Source: an uncultured Gammaproteobacteria bacterium (GTDB taxonomy: Bacteria; Patescibacteriota; Microgenomatia; Levybacterales; GWA1-39-11). Taken from it: a stretch of 64,000 nucleotides of DNA. A model generated the notes under the pieces. It ran no database searches, was not told the DNA's origin, and saw nothing but the letters and a program-made list of their open reading frames with translations. The DNA is taken from positions 490,729 to 554,728 of the forward strand of contig CAYVKP010000001.1 of the NCBI GenBank assembly GCA_964452165.1, in the 5' to 3' direction. The position numbers and the translations under genes are program-made. Positions 1 to 10,718 of the stretch are shown in pieces. The stretch's first letter is position 1; every line of letters starts with the position of its first letter.

Positions 1-280
1 AAAATTAATAAAAACAAAAAAATACGGGATATATCATCTTAGTAATTCAGGACAGGCGTCGAGACTTGAATTTGCTAAAAAAGCATTTGAGGTGTGCGGG
101 ATCAAGAACATAGAAATAATTCCAGTAAAACTTGAAGATTACGTTAGGCTTTCAAAGCCACCTCTGTTTACCGCCCTGAGTAACAATAAGGCAAAAATGA
201 TGGGCATAGAATTTCCTACGTGGCAAGATGCTTTAGAGAGATTTCTTACACTGGAAATGTATGGCAAAAAACAGAAATAA
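1..280 (+). CDS. rmlD: dTDP-4-dehydrorhamnose reductase family SDR, C-terminal part (gene starts before the window)
   Basis: Frame 2 is open from base 2 and reads YGIYHLSNSGQASRLEFAKKAF...RLSKPPLFTALSNNK...PTWQDAL, the typical RmlD C-terminus. Confidence 0.75.
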   Translation, partial: KLIKTKKYGIYHLSNSGQASRLEFAKKAFEVCGIKNIEIIPVKLEDYVRLSKPPLFTALSNNKAKMMGIEFPTWQDALERFLTLEMYGKKQK

Positions 281-1112
281 ATTAGTATCAATAGTTATTC
301 CTACAAGAAATTCAGCTATCGTCCTTGTGAATTGTCTTAGGAGCATTAGAGATCAGGCCTATTCTAATGTCGAAGTTATTATAGTAGATGGAAGGTCAAC
401 GGATAATGTCGGTGAACTTGCCAAAAAGTACAACTGTAGATATTTTGAATACACTCCAAATCTTAAAGAAGTTTTATTCGATGCTCCTCATAAAATAAAT
501 TTCGGTGCTTCAAAAGCAAAAGGAGAGTTTATGTATTGGCTAGACGCAGATATGGAATTAACAAAAAATGTGATAGGCGAGGCCGTGAAGATTTGCGAAA
601 AAGGTGCGGGGGCGGTAATTATTCCCGAAGACTCATTTGGAATTGGTATTTGGGCAAAGGCTAAAAAACTGGAGCGGCGATGTTATTGGGGAGACGATAG
701 TATTGAGGCCCCGCGCTTTTTTAGGAAGAATGTGTGGAAGGATGTCGGTGGATTTGATCTATCTTTAGGTGCAGGAGGAAATGATTGGGATCTTCATTTA
801 AAAACAAGAGAGCTTGGTTATAAAATATCTAGGACAAAAAATTACATAAAGCATAATGAGGGCAAGCTCACTCTCAGCAAGTTATTTAAGAAGCGCTTTA
901 TGTACGGCAGAGAAGTAGTTAAGTATATTGGCAAAAGACCACGAGCATCCTTCACCAGTTTTTTCCCAATAAGGTACTCATTTATCAAGAACTGGAAAAT
1001 GTTCGCAAGTGATCCGGTTACAACAGTAGCCTTTATTGTAATGAGGTTCACTGAATATATTGGTGGATTCCTGGGAATTATTACAAATTATTTTGAAACT
1101 AAGAGAAAATGA
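261..1112 (+). CDS. Glycosyltransferase family 2
   Basis: VSIVIPTRNS, IIVDGRSTD, DAD motif, GGFD...DWDL. Confidence 0.9.
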   Translation: MAKNRNKLVSIVIPTRNSAIVLVNCLRSIRDQAYSNVEVIIVDGRSTDNVGELAKKYNCRYFEYTPNLKEVLFDAPHKINFGASKAKGEFMYWLDADMELTKNVIGEAVKICEKGAGAVIIPEDSFGIGIWAKAKKLERRCYWGDDSIEAPRFFRKNVWKDVGGFDLSLGAGGNDWDLHLKTRELGYKISRTKNYIKHNEGKLTLSKLFKKRFMYGREVVKYIGKRPRASFTSFFPIRYSFIKNWKMFASDPVTTVAFIVMRFTEYIGGFLGIITNYFETKRK

Positions 1113-1990
1113 AAGCGATCAGGCAGAAAGCGGCTAAGCATAAAGGTCATCTTCTCAGTATAGATTTGGAGTCTTGGATATTTTCAAGAAGAATTGACCA
1201 AAAAAAGTTGAGTCACAAGGAACTCAAAAAACTTGATGACAATTACACTCCGAATGTTCTTAAGTACTTACTTAAGGTTTTGAAAAAAAACGAGCAGAAA
1301 GTAACATTTTTTATTGTCGGAAAACTTGAAGAGATATATCCGGGGACAATCGAGAAAATATTAGACGAAGGTCATGAAGTAGGGTGGCATACTCACACCC
1401 ATGCAAATATAATAAACGAAGACATTTTAAGAAAAGAACTTGAAGGTTCTGCCTCAATCATAAGTAAGTATAGGATGAAAGGATTCCAGGCGCCTACTAT
1501 CACTTTCATAAGAAACGGTTACAAGCTTTTAAAAAAATATGGATTTGAATATTCCTCATCGGTGTATGGAAACAGTAACGTCTTGCATAGGTTTGATGGA
1601 ATCTATGAAATACCCGTTACCACATCGTTTAAAAAGTACAAACCCAAAAAATCCGAAATATTTTTTCCCGCCAATATGACTATCTCCAATTTAAAAAAAT
1701 TCGGTATACCGACCGGCTCATCTTATTTTTGGGGAATATTCGGGAGAAGATTCTACCAGCAACAATTAAAGAGAGCAAAAAGCAAAAATGAAATAGTGAA
1801 CATGTTTATACACGAATGGCAAATTAAAAAGCCGGAGTCCGAGGAATATAATAAAGACGTTAGCTTGCTCTGGAATCCTTTCTTTTATCCTTACAAAAGG
1901 AATCTAACGGGCATGTTTGAATTTATGTTGAGCAACTTTAAATTTAGAAGATTTAAAGACTTTATACAAGATGAAAAAGAGAGGAAATAA
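1109..1990 (+). CDS. Polysaccharide deacetylase (CE4/NodB family)
   Basis: LSIDLESW, VTFFIVG, GHEVGWHTHTH metal-binding motif, GFQAP (usually GFRAP), FIHEWQ. Confidence 0.85.
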   Translation: MKAIRQKAAKHKGHLLSIDLESWIFSRRIDQKKLSHKELKKLDDNYTPNVLKYLLKVLKKNEQKVTFFIVGKLEEIYPGTIEKILDEGHEVGWHTHTHANIINEDILRKELEGSASIISKYRMKGFQAPTITFIRNGYKLLKKYGFEYSSSVYGNSNVLHRFDGIYEIPVTTSFKKYKPKKSEIFFPANMTISNLKKFGIPTGSSYFWGIFGRRFYQQQLKRAKSKNEIVNMFIHEWQIKKPESEEYNKDVSLLWNPFFYPYKRNLTGMFEFMLSNFKFRRFKDFIQDEKERK

Positions 1991-2798
1991 CTTGAATGTT
2001 TACTTAATCTTGGCGGATGAAAATCTATTTCACCCGCACTATCTATCTGGTCTTATCAGGTTATTTGCCAATAAGAAAATAAAAATCGTAGGTATTACTA
2101 TTGCCCAAGATTCATTTAGGCGTGGGCTTATTCACGCCGTCTTACAGCAATATATCCTTTGGGGGACTTTTGCTTTTGTATTTATTGTTTTAAATTCTCT
2201 GATCAGATCTTTTCTATCCAGGCTCGGAATTTCCGACAATACAATAACTGGAATTTCAAGAAAGCATAAGATACCTCTTTTTGTCACCAAAAGTGTAAAT
2301 AGTGGGGATCATCTTGGTTATCTCTCATCTTTGGCAGTAGATATTATTATTTCGTCTAATGGCCAAATTTTCAAAAAAGAATTACTCGATCTTCCCAAAA
2401 TTGCCTGTATCAATAGGCATTCTGCGCTTCTTCCTAAGTACGGCGGTGTTCTCCCTGTTTTTTGGGCAATGAAAAACAATGAGGAGATGATAGGTGTAAG
2501 TGCTCACTATATGGTCGAGAAAATTGATCAGGGAAGCATCTTGGCATCTGCAAGCTTTAAGAATGATAAAGAAAACTCTCTATTCTATAATTACGTGTTG
2601 GCATTTGATATCAGCGCAGATGTTACCGTTGTCGCAATCGATAATGCTTTAAAGGGAAAGATAGTTAAGAAATTTAAACATAACAAGGACGAATACTACT
2701 CATTCCCGAAAGAAAGAGACATGGAAGATTTTAAAAAAATTAACAAAACATTCTCGTTGGGAGATGTCGTTAAATATTACAAGATGTACGCTAATTAA
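1971..2798 (+). CDS. Formyltransferase, probably a sugar N-formyltransferase
   Basis: INRHSALLPKYGG (catalytic N-x-H plus SLLP-like motif) and HYMVEKIDQG (catalytic Asp); glycan locus context. Confidence 0.85.
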   Translation: MKKRGNNLNVYLILADENLFHPHYLSGLIRLFANKKIKIVGITIAQDSFRRGLIHAVLQQYILWGTFAFVFIVLNSLIRSFLSRLGISDNTITGISRKHKIPLFVTKSVNSGDHLGYLSSLAVDIIISSNGQIFKKELLDLPKIACINRHSALLPKYGGVLPVFWAMKNNEEMIGVSAHYMVEKIDQGSILASASFKNDKENSLFYNYVLAFDISADVTVVAIDNALKGKIVKKFKHNKDEYYSFPKERDMEDFKKINKTFSLGDVVKYYKMYAN

Positions 2799-2843
2799 CT
2801 AGCGTGTTGATTTTTTCCCTTAATTCCTTATAATTTTATAAAC

Positions 2844-3845
2844 GTGAATAAGACCTTAAATAAAGAAAGTAAATCAGAAAGAACTGCACTCGTATGTGGA
2901 GCAGGGGGATTTATCGGTAGTCATTTGGTCAAAAGACTGAAGAAAGAAGGTTACTGGGTCCGAGGAGTTGACGTTAAAAAGCCTGAGTACGGCAAAACAG
3001 ATGCTGACGAATTTATAGTAGGAGATCTAAGAGATCCTGAATTCTGCAAAAAAATTCTCAATATTCCATTTGACGAGGTTTATCAATTAGCCGCAGATAT
3101 GGGTGGGGCAGGATACATATTTACGGGTGAACACGACGCGGATGTAATGCACAATTCCGCACAGATTAATTTAAACATGATGCATTTTGGACAAAAAACG
3201 GGAATAAAAAAAATATTTTTCTCCTCTTCGGCATGTATTTATCCAGCGCACAACCAGACGGATCCGAACAACCCTAACTGCGCGGAGGAATCAGCGTATC
3301 CCGCGGCTCCTGACAGTGAATATGGGTGGGAAAAATTGTTTAGTGAGCGAATGTACCTTGCTTATAATCGTAATTACGGAATGGAAGTGAGAATCGCCAG
3401 GTTCCATAATATATTTGGTCCTGAAGGCTCTTGGAATAACGGAAAAGAAAAATCGCCCGCTGCCATATGCCGAAAAATTGCCGAAGCTTCAAATGGCGGA
3501 ACGATAGAAATTTGGGGAGATGGAAAACAGACACGTTCCTACCTATATATAGATGAGTGCCTTGAGGGGGTACGGAGATTAATGGAGTCTGATTTCATGG
3601 GCCCTGTCAACATTGGCTCAAGCGAGATGATTAGCATAAATGCACTTGCGCAGATGGTTATGAAGATTGCCGGCAAGAACGTGAAAATAAAACACGTAGA
3701 CGGTCCCCTTGGAGTTCGTGGGCGGACATCTGACAACTCTTTAATTGAGGAAAAACTTAAATGGAGACCGAAAGCGCCGCTACAGGATGGTATGGAAAAG
3801 ACATATTCTTGGATCTTGAAGCAAGTAGAAAAATCTCGTAAATAA
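2844..3845 (+). CDS. NAD-dependent epimerase, GDP-mannose 3,5-epimerase-like
   Basis: GAGGFIG, LAADMGG, SSACIYP, YGWEK, RFHNIFGP, EKSPAAICRK, GVRGR: the GME motif set. Confidence 0.85.
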   Translation: MNKTLNKESKSERTALVCGAGGFIGSHLVKRLKKEGYWVRGVDVKKPEYGKTDADEFIVGDLRDPEFCKKILNIPFDEVYQLAADMGGAGYIFTGEHDADVMHNSAQINLNMMHFGQKTGIKKIFFSSSACIYPAHNQTDPNNPNCAEESAYPAAPDSEYGWEKLFSERMYLAYNRNYGMEVRIARFHNIFGPEGSWNNGKEKSPAAICRKIAEASNGGTIEIWGDGKQTRSYLYIDECLEGVRRLMESDFMGPVNIGSSEMISINALAQMVMKIAGKNVKIKHVDGPLGVRGRTSDNSLIEEKLKWRPKAPLQDGMEKTYSWILKQVEKSRK

Positions 3846-3846
3846 A

Positions 3847-4671
3847 ATGACAAAAAACTTAGTAATAGGTTCAGAGGGTTTTATTGGGAAGCCATTTTGC
3901 CAATTTCTTGAAGGAAAAGGTGAAAGCGTAATCCATTTCGACGTCAAAAGAGATCCGAAAGAAGACGGCAGAACCAGCAAATTCAATTTTGAAGACATTG
4001 ATAAAATTTACTTTCTTGCATGGGATGTGGGTGGATCAAAATACCTTTATGAAAAAAAGCTTCAACTGTCTCAGCTCAAGTGGAATTTAGATCTGATGAG
4101 AAATATTTTCGATTCAATAGAAAAGCAGAAAAAAGACTTTCTCTTTATCTCAAGCCAATTGGCGGAAGAGTGTGACACGGTTTATGGAGTCACGAAAAGG
4201 CTAGGTGAAGTTTGGACAAACGAGCTTGGGGGAGTCTGCATAAGAGTGTGGAATGCATATGGGGTGATGGAGCCAATGGATATTAAGAGCCATGTTATCT
4301 CAGATTTCATATATCAGGCATTGACAACAGGTAAAATTAAAATGCTAACCAATGGAGAAGAATGGAGGCAGTTTACTCATATCCGAGACTTGTCTCGCGC
4401 ATTTCACACGGCACTAAACTCCAGAAACATACGCAGAACCGTATACGATGCCAGCAGCTATGAATGGGTCAGGATTATCGATATTGCAAAAATAATTTGC
4501 GATATAACGGGGACAGAGCTTTACCCCGGAAAAAATAAAGGTCATGATCCGATGCCGTCATTAAATATGGGAAGAGTTCCGGACTGGCTGCCCGAAGTTT
4601 CATTAAAGGAAGGCATTCGGGAGATGGTAGAGCAAGCAAGGGAAAATCTGAAGAATGGCAAAAAACGATAA
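3847..4671 (+). CDS. NAD-dependent epimerase/dehydratase (extended SDR)
   Basis: GSEGFIG, YGVTK (YxxxK), NAYG, GEEWRQFTHIRD. Confidence 0.8.
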   Translation: MTKNLVIGSEGFIGKPFCQFLEGKGESVIHFDVKRDPKEDGRTSKFNFEDIDKIYFLAWDVGGSKYLYEKKLQLSQLKWNLDLMRNIFDSIEKQKKDFLFISSQLAEECDTVYGVTKRLGEVWTNELGGVCIRVWNAYGVMEPMDIKSHVISDFIYQALTTGKIKMLTNGEEWRQFTHIRDLSRAFHTALNSRNIRRTVYDASSYEWVRIIDIAKIICDITGTELYPGKNKGHDPMPSLNMGRVPDWLPEVSLKEGIREMVEQARENLKNGKKR

Positions 4672-5905
4672 ATCCTCTCTTTTAAAAAACTCCTCCATTT
4701 TGTTCGTAACTTTCTCACGTTGGGAGAACGGCAAACGATTGCCTACCAGTGGAAGTCTCAATCCGCTCCGAGACTTCCTCCTACCTAAAATTAAGAAGCT
4801 TGTACTTGTCGACCAACCCCACCCGGGTAGCGATAGGGTTATGCCAAAAATCGAGGAATATAATGGTGATAAAGAAAATTTTAAATCCCATGAATCGTCA
4901 TGGTATGTGCGTTTGTTGAGGTCGTATCTTGAAAGTTCACGTTCTCAAAAAACCCAAATAAGGTTTAAGTTGCGAGACTTTTTATCTGTAATTGATTGGT
5001 CTTTACGTGATAAAACTAAATTCGATTACGCCGTGTGTCTTGAAAGTATTAATACGTTAGCCGCGATTTTGCTAAGAAAACTAGGACGGGTTAAAAAAGT
5101 CATTTATTACGTTTCTGATTATTCTCCCAATAGGTATCCAAGTAAGTGGTTTAACTTTGTATATCTCGCACTTGACCGATTTTGCGCTGAGCATGCCGAT
5201 TATATTTGGGATGTATCGCCTGCAATGCAAAAGGCGAGGATTTCTGCGGGACTCGATCCTGAAAAATCAGCCCCCGTCATTGATGTTCCAAATGGGCTGT
5301 TACCGGCTCAAATAAAAGCTGCTCCCATCTCAAGCATAGACAAGCACGCAATAGTATATATGGGCACTTTGGGTGCCGAGAATGGGCCTGATATTCCCAT
5401 TAAGGCTCTCTCAATAATTCTTGACAAATTTAAAGATACTAAGCTACATATCATTGGAGGAACAAATGAGGATTTTCTTTGGCTTAAAAAAATCATCACC
5501 AAAATGAAACTTGGAAAATCTATCATCCGCCACGGGTTTATTGAAGATGAGCTCGCGATGTCCAGAGTTATAAGTCATTGCGCTGTGGGACTTGCGCCCT
5601 ATAGAAATATCCCCGGTTCCATCAGGCAATATGCAGACGCAGGTAAAATCAGAGCGTACTGTGCTGCCGGTATTCCTGTCGTGACCTCCCGCGTTCCACC
5701 TCTTGGTCACGTTGTTGCCGATAAAGGCGCGGCAATAGTTGTTGATGATGACCCGGCAGCTTTTGCGCAAGCCATTATAAACATTTTCTCAAATCAAAAA
5801 TTGTATATGACATTAAGACAGAACGCTATAAAATTCGGACAGGATAATACCTGGGAAAATTCTTTTAGGAATGCATTTGCATCAATGGGGAAAGTTACAA
5901 AATGA
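4655..5905 (+). CDS. Glycosyltransferase family 4 (GT-B)
   Basis: VPNG linker, IVYMGTL, KIRAYCAAGIPVVTS C-terminal GT4 motif. Confidence 0.8.
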   Translation: MAKNDKSSLLKNSSILFVTFSRWENGKRLPTSGSLNPLRDFLLPKIKKLVLVDQPHPGSDRVMPKIEEYNGDKENFKSHESSWYVRLLRSYLESSRSQKTQIRFKLRDFLSVIDWSLRDKTKFDYAVCLESINTLAAILLRKLGRVKKVIYYVSDYSPNRYPSKWFNFVYLALDRFCAEHADYIWDVSPAMQKARISAGLDPEKSAPVIDVPNGLLPAQIKAAPISSIDKHAIVYMGTLGAENGPDIPIKALSIILDKFKDTKLHIIGGTNEDFLWLKKIITKMKLGKSIIRHGFIEDELAMSRVISHCAVGLAPYRNIPGSIRQYADAGKIRAYCAAGIPVVTSRVPPLGHVVADKGAAIVVDDDPAAFAQAIINIFSNQKLYMTLRQNAIKFGQDNTWENSFRNAFASMGKVTK

Positions 5906-6783
5906 AAAAAGAAACCTTTAATTATGAGGAGGTTTTTATGGGAGTCAATCAGGATAGGTCACGAGGATTTTATAAAAAGATCTTCTCGAAAAAACCCGAG
6001 CTCCGCCGCGTAGTCGGAATGTTAAAAGTTAAAAAAGGAAGAATATTAGATGTCGGTTGTGGAGGAGGGGATATGACGGAGTGTTTTCCATTCTATTTCC
6101 CAAAAGCAAAAATTTATGGCTGCGACGTAAGCGAGACCGCAATAAAGTATGCAAAAAAGTTTGGCACGGGGAAAGTTTCATATAAGCCAATGAGAAAAAA
6201 GCTACCCTATCCTTCAAATTATTTTGATGCACTTACGTGCCTAGATGTTTTGGAGCATATACCTGACGTAAACTATTTCCTCGATGAGGTGAGAAGAGTT
6301 TTAAAACCGGGGGGACTTTTTCTGGGTGCCATACCCTGCGAAGGTCAGCCCTATACAATTAGCTGGTTGCTAGATAAGATTGGTTTTTGGGGAGACCTAA
6401 CCTTCAAACATGTCGGTCATATTCACCCTGAGTTCACTCACGATTACATTGTAAGACTTTTTACCCGAAAAGGATTTGAAATACAGGAAAAGAGGTTCTC
6501 TGAAAGAATTCCAGTACAGCTCCTTCGTTATCTTCAGTTTATGATTCCAAAAGAGATTTTGGAAATGGTGGTTGGTAAGAAAAAGGCTGTAAAATACTAT
6601 GACAGAAGCGTTTCGATTCAAAAAGAGAGCCGTAAAAAGGATGGGCTGATGTCCTTGCGAGTCTTATGGTATAGGTTACGCTCTTTGACGAAAATTATAG
6701 ATGATATAGACGCCGAGTACTTCAAGGATTCAAACTTCGCAGCCTGGAAGATCAATCTACTTGCTTCATGCAAAAATAAATAA
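5902..6783 (+). CDS. Class I SAM-dependent methyltransferase
   Basis: [23 protein letters not shown]...DVLEH...RVLKPGG. Confidence 0.9.
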   Translation: MKKETFNYEEVFMGVNQDRSRGFYKKIFSKKPELRRVVGMLKVKKGRILDVGCGGGDMTECFPFYFPKAKIYGCDVSETAIKYAKKFGTGKVSYKPMRKKLPYPSNYFDALTCLDVLEHIPDVNYFLDEVRRVLKPGGLFLGAIPCEGQPYTISWLLDKIGFWGDLTFKHVGHIHPEFTHDYIVRLFTRKGFEIQEKRFSERIPVQLLRYLQFMIPKEILEMVVGKKKAVKYYDRSVSIQKESRKKDGLMSLRVLWYRLRSLTKIIDDIDAEYFKDSNFAAWKINLLASCKNK

Positions 6784-6821
6784 ATCCTGTTACAATTCCC
6801 ATATTAATAGAAGATAGATTC

Positions 6822-7433
6822 ATGTCAAGAAATGCCAGGGAACTTATTAAGATTATAAATAGGAAAGGCTTCCTCGAGACTTTAGTTGAGGCGTTCAGAT
6901 TGTTTGCGCAAAAAACCACATCACTTATTAAGATTTCCATCTTAAGGTTGAGAGGGTATAATATCGATTATTCGGTTCTACTAAGGGGTAACAACAATTT
7001 TTTCCAAAGCGTAAAAAATTCCATTACTATTTCAGGAAAAGTAACTCTTGGTAGGGCCACTAGGATGACTGCGGGAGGGTCAGGGAAAGTTCACATAGGT
7101 GAAAATGTATTAGTCGACGACTCTACTTTCATAATGGCTCATGAGAAAATCGAAATAGGAAAAAATACTACGATTGCCGCTTTTTGTTTTATTACAGACT
7201 TCAATCATAGCTATAAAAACGGCAGTGTTTCGGTTCTTGAGCAGGGGTACGAAACAAAGCCGATTTCAATTGGCAAGAATGTTTGGATTGGCACACACTG
7301 TATTGTTCTCCCTGGAATAAAAATTGGCGATGGGTCAATTATAGGCGCTGGATCAGTTGTTACTCACGATGTGCCCGAAAACTCCATTGCAGTTGGAAAC
7401 CCTGCAAGAATCGTCAAGAAGATTAAAAGATGA
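6822..7433 (+). CDS. Hexapeptide-repeat (LbH) acyltransferase, sugar O-acetyltransferase-like
   Basis: IGKNVWIG...[20 protein letters not shown]-like repeats ending VGNPARIVK; DFNH motif. Confidence 0.9.
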   Translation: MSRNARELIKIINRKGFLETLVEAFRLFAQKTTSLIKISILRLRGYNIDYSVLLRGNNNFFQSVKNSITISGKVTLGRATRMTAGGSGKVHIGENVLVDDSTFIMAHEKIEIGKNTTIAAFCFITDFNHSYKNGSVSVLEQGYETKPISIGKNVWIGTHCIVLPGIKIGDGSIIGAGSVVTHDVPENSIAVGNPARIVKKIKR

Positions 7434-9703
7434 AAAGATTAAATAGTCGAGGAAAAGTTCACGTTTCTAAAATTGTCCACTTTATTAATATCGCAAACAT
7501 TTTTGTTGTAGGGTTGCTGATATTATTGCCCTTTTTTTTGTTTGATGGAAGACTATTTCTTGGGGGAGATGATACCAGGTTTTACATGGTCTACCCGAGG
7601 GAAATACTTAACAGCTTCACTCTCTATTCCTGGAATAATATTTCCTCTTTGCCTTATTACATACCAAATCATTATTGGTTGCCCTTCGTTTTTGTGGGGT
7701 CGGTGATCGACAGTATATTAAATTCCAAATTAATTCTGTCCTATTTTTCCTTTTCCGCAGTTCTTGTTTTGGGATTTATTTATTTTCAGAAATTTATTCG
7801 TCAGTTGATAGGGGAAGAGTATTCAATCGCTTTTGTGACAGGATTGATTTATCTTCTTTCTCCAATAACTCTCGTCAGTCTATCTTTCTTCCTGGCCCCT
7901 GTTTGGCTAATCGCATTGGTTCCTATTGTTGCGTATTACTACATATGTTACTTGAGGTGGGGAAAAATCGTTGACATTATAAAAGTTGTAGCATGGTCAA
8001 TTTTACTATCCTTTGTATTTTTTTCTATACCTTGGATATTAGGTCTACTTTTACCTTTATTTTTAGGAATGATCTTTTTTTTGATTTTCGTCGAAAATCC
8101 CTTCAAGAGTTTACTTAAGAGATCTCTTATTTTCGTTTTCTTTATTATTTCGAGTCAATTATTTTGGTTAATCCCATTTGCCGCCTCTCTAGTCTCGGGT
8201 GGACAGACTAGTTTGGGACAGAAGATCGTCTCAACGGATCTTGCGACCAGTTACAGAAATACAATCCTTAGCACTGCAACAGATAATATCGTATACCCGT
8301 TACTTACCATGTATCACAGAAGAATGGTTTTCGAATTTGGGTGGCATCTAAAAGATATATTTCTTAATTATTTCGATCACGTTTTACCTTTGAGCGCCAT
8401 TTTTCCAGTTGTTTTACTCTTGGGAATTATCAAATACAATCGAGTTTTTGAAATCGGCAAGAAAAAAATGTTTATTTTTCTTCTTGCATCTTTTATTAGT
8501 GTCCTTTATTTATGTACGGTAAATGTCGGGTTTTTGAAAAATGTATTTATACTTTTGGGTTATCTTCCGGGCTTTGCTGTTTTAAGAAACTTCACCGATA
8601 AGTTTGCTTTGGCTTTTATATTTATTTACGCCACGCTACTTTCCTTTTGTTTTTTAGCTATTAAAAAATCCTACAAGTTGTACGCCATAACATTATTAGC
8701 AACGCTTGCTGTCGTTTTGATAAATTTTGTGCCTGTTAAGAGAATGATTAGTGCCCCTTTATGGAAAACTAACAACACTTACACTACTGTTAATTTACCC
8801 AAGGAATATATATCTTTCATTAAGAAGACAAAGCTGACTATTCCAAGCACTACCAATATAATTGCATTACCTCAAAATATCACGGCATACTCAATAATCA
8901 CCGAAGATAACGGCAGAAATGCTTATGTTGGTACATCTCCGCTCAAGTTTTTTACAGGCATAAATGATCTGACCGGTACTGATTCTTATCCAAGTTTTAT
9001 ATCTCAAGAGATTCAGCGGTTGATTGTCAAAAGAGACTATAGTAATCTTCTTACTTTATTCACCCAAATCAATGCGGGGTACTTGATGGTTACCAACAAT
9101 GCACCTCGCGAAGTTAAGGATTCTTACCTTTATGACAGAGATTACTTGAAGTTCCAAGATAAGCAGCTTATAGACTCTATCGTAGAACGCGAGGTGGTCC
9201 GTAGCAGCAAGGGCAACTATGTAATCTACAAACTCAAAAACTCTTCAAGTATTATATCTTCCGGAGCAAGACTTGAATACAAGAAAATTAGCCCGGTGGA
9301 CTATGAAATTAAATTATCGAGCTTATCAGGTAATAAGGATCTGTTTTTTAAAGAGACGTACCATCGGGGTTGGAGTTTATATGTAGCTAAAAAAAATCAA
9401 AACCATGAATCTTCAGATTTTAAATTCGATTTTTTACTTCCGCTTAGTAAGCCTGTTTTTACGGCCTCACATGTTGGACAATTGCCTTATGGTAACAAGT
9501 GGGTGATCAACGGAGATGTGATAAAAAATGATTTCGCTAAAGACTATTATACGGAAAACAAGGACGGGTCAATTGATGTTAAGCTTCACTTGTATTTTGC
9601 TCCGCAATTCAATTTCTATATAGGATCCATTATGAGCTTCATATTTATGATAGTTGGTGGTTTATATTTATGGAAGCTAGACAAGAAACAAAATGAGAAA
9701 TAA
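7430..9703 (+). CDS. Large polytopic membrane protein, GT-C-like (AftD/YfhO-like), copy 1
   Basis: Many TM segments, GGDD after TM1, RNFTDKF motif, extracytoplasmic domain, final TM; paralog of 11907-14216. Confidence 0.65.
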   Translation: MKRLNSRGKVHVSKIVHFINIANIFVVGLLILLPFFLFDGRLFLGGDDTRFYMVYPREILNSFTLYSWNNISSLPYYIPNHYWLPFVFVGSVIDSILNSKLILSYFSFSAVLVLGFIYFQKFIRQLIGEEYSIAFVTGLIYLLSPITLVSLSFFLAPVWLIALVPIVAYYYICYLRWGKIVDIIKVVAWSILLSFVFFSIPWILGLLLPLFLGMIFFLIFVENPFKSLLKRSLIFVFFIISSQLFWLIPFAASLVSGGQTSLGQKIVSTDLATSYRNTILSTATDNIVYPLLTMYHRRMVFEFGWHLKDIFLNYFDHVLPLSAIFPVVLLLGIIKYNRVFEIGKKKMFIFLLASFISVLYLCTVNVGFLKNVFILLGYLPGFAVLRNFTDKFALAFIFIYATLLSFCFLAIKKSYKLYAITLLATLAVVLINFVPVKRMISAPLWKTNNTYTTVNLPKEYISFIKKTKLTIPSTTNIIALPQNITAYSIITEDNGRNAYVGTSPLKFFTGINDLTGTDSYPSFISQEIQRLIVKRDYSNLLTLFTQINAGYLMVTNNAPREVKDSYLYDRDYLKFQDKQLIDSIVEREVVRSSKGNYVIYKLKNSSSIISSGARLEYKKISPVDYEIKLSSLSGNKDLFFKETYHRGWSLYVAKKNQNHESSDFKFDFLLPLSKPVFTASHVGQLPYGNKWVINGDVIKNDFAKDYYTENKDGSIDVKLHLYFAPQFNFYIGSIMSFIFMIVGGLYLWKLDKKQNEK

Positions 9704-10718
9704 AGTAAGCAAATATTTCAATAAAATAATCTCATCAAAGACTGTCAAATGGATTGTAATTCCATGCGTGCTAGTTTTGTTGTGGATTTCGCTTTCTCTA
9801 TTTTACAGTTCGTATAGGAGTTTTACGGTTCTGCAATACGCTCACTCACAGGATAAGGATAATCATTCCCGGGGTGGGAAGCTATTAAAAGGAAAACGAC
9901 TTACGGGAGTATTTGAGGCTCGAGAAAATTATCTTGGAATAGTTGCTGTCAGATTTGGAGACGTCTCAAAGTTAGACTTTGACAAGGAGGATTTGATCCT
10001 ATTCAAGATTAAAGAACGTGGACAAGACAATTGGTTATATCAAAACATGTACAGATCTGGTTCCTTTACTTCAGGCCAGTATTTCCCTTTCGGATTCGCA
10101 GAGATCAAAAATTCTAAAGGTAAGAGGTACGAATTCGAAATTACTTCTCTTAGAGGTAACGTGGATAATTCTCTCGAGACAAAGCTGGTGAATCCGATTT
10201 ATTTGACTAAGTATAAATTTCCTAAAGATATAGCTTTCAAAAATCTCAGTTCGACCATAAGTTTCATGAGTAAAAAGTTGATAACATTCTTCACGAATAT
10301 TGATTCACTATTATCATCGACAGTATTCATATTGCCTTTAGTTTTCTATTATGTATGGATTTTACTCCCAATGAAAGTAATAAAAAACACCTATAAAACA
10401 GACGGCAAGAAAATTTTCGGAGTACTGGTTGTAATTTTGTTACTTAGCGATGTTGTTCTATACGATTTTATAAATACAGGCTTAATGCTTGGACTTCTTG
10501 GTCTTTGGTGTCTGTGTGTGTACTTGAATAAATTAAGAAGTAGCTTAACCTTTGCTCTAGCATTTTTACTCATCTGTATATCCATGTTTAGTATATACTT
10601 CGGTTTGGGAGTATCTGTCGATAAAGCATCAGCTTTTGCCTATTTATTTTTTTTGACAGGACTTTTTCAGATCGTTGGTGAATATAGACATGACAAGAAG
10701 CTTTTTACTTCAAAATAG
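9693..10718 (+). CDS. Membrane protein (N-terminal TM, extracytoplasmic domain, C-terminal TM bundle), partner copy 1
   Basis: FEARENYLG and FPFGFAEIKNSKGKRYEF motifs shared with 14213-15199; overlaps the upstream gene. Confidence 0.6.
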   Translation: MRNKVSKYFNKIISSKTVKWIVIPCVLVLLWISLSLFYSSYRSFTVLQYAHSQDKDNHSRGGKLLKGKRLTGVFEARENYLGIVAVRFGDVSKLDFDKEDLILFKIKERGQDNWLYQNMYRSGSFTSGQYFPFGFAEIKNSKGKRYEFEITSLRGNVDNSLETKLVNPIYLTKYKFPKDIAFKNLSSTISFMSKKLITFFTNIDSLLSSTVFILPLVFYYVWILLPMKVIKNTYKTDGKKIFGVLVVILLLSDVVLYDFINTGLMLGLLGLWCLCVYLNKLRSSLTFALAFLLICISMFSIYFGLGVSVDKASAFAYLFFLTGLFQIVGEYRHDKKLFTSK

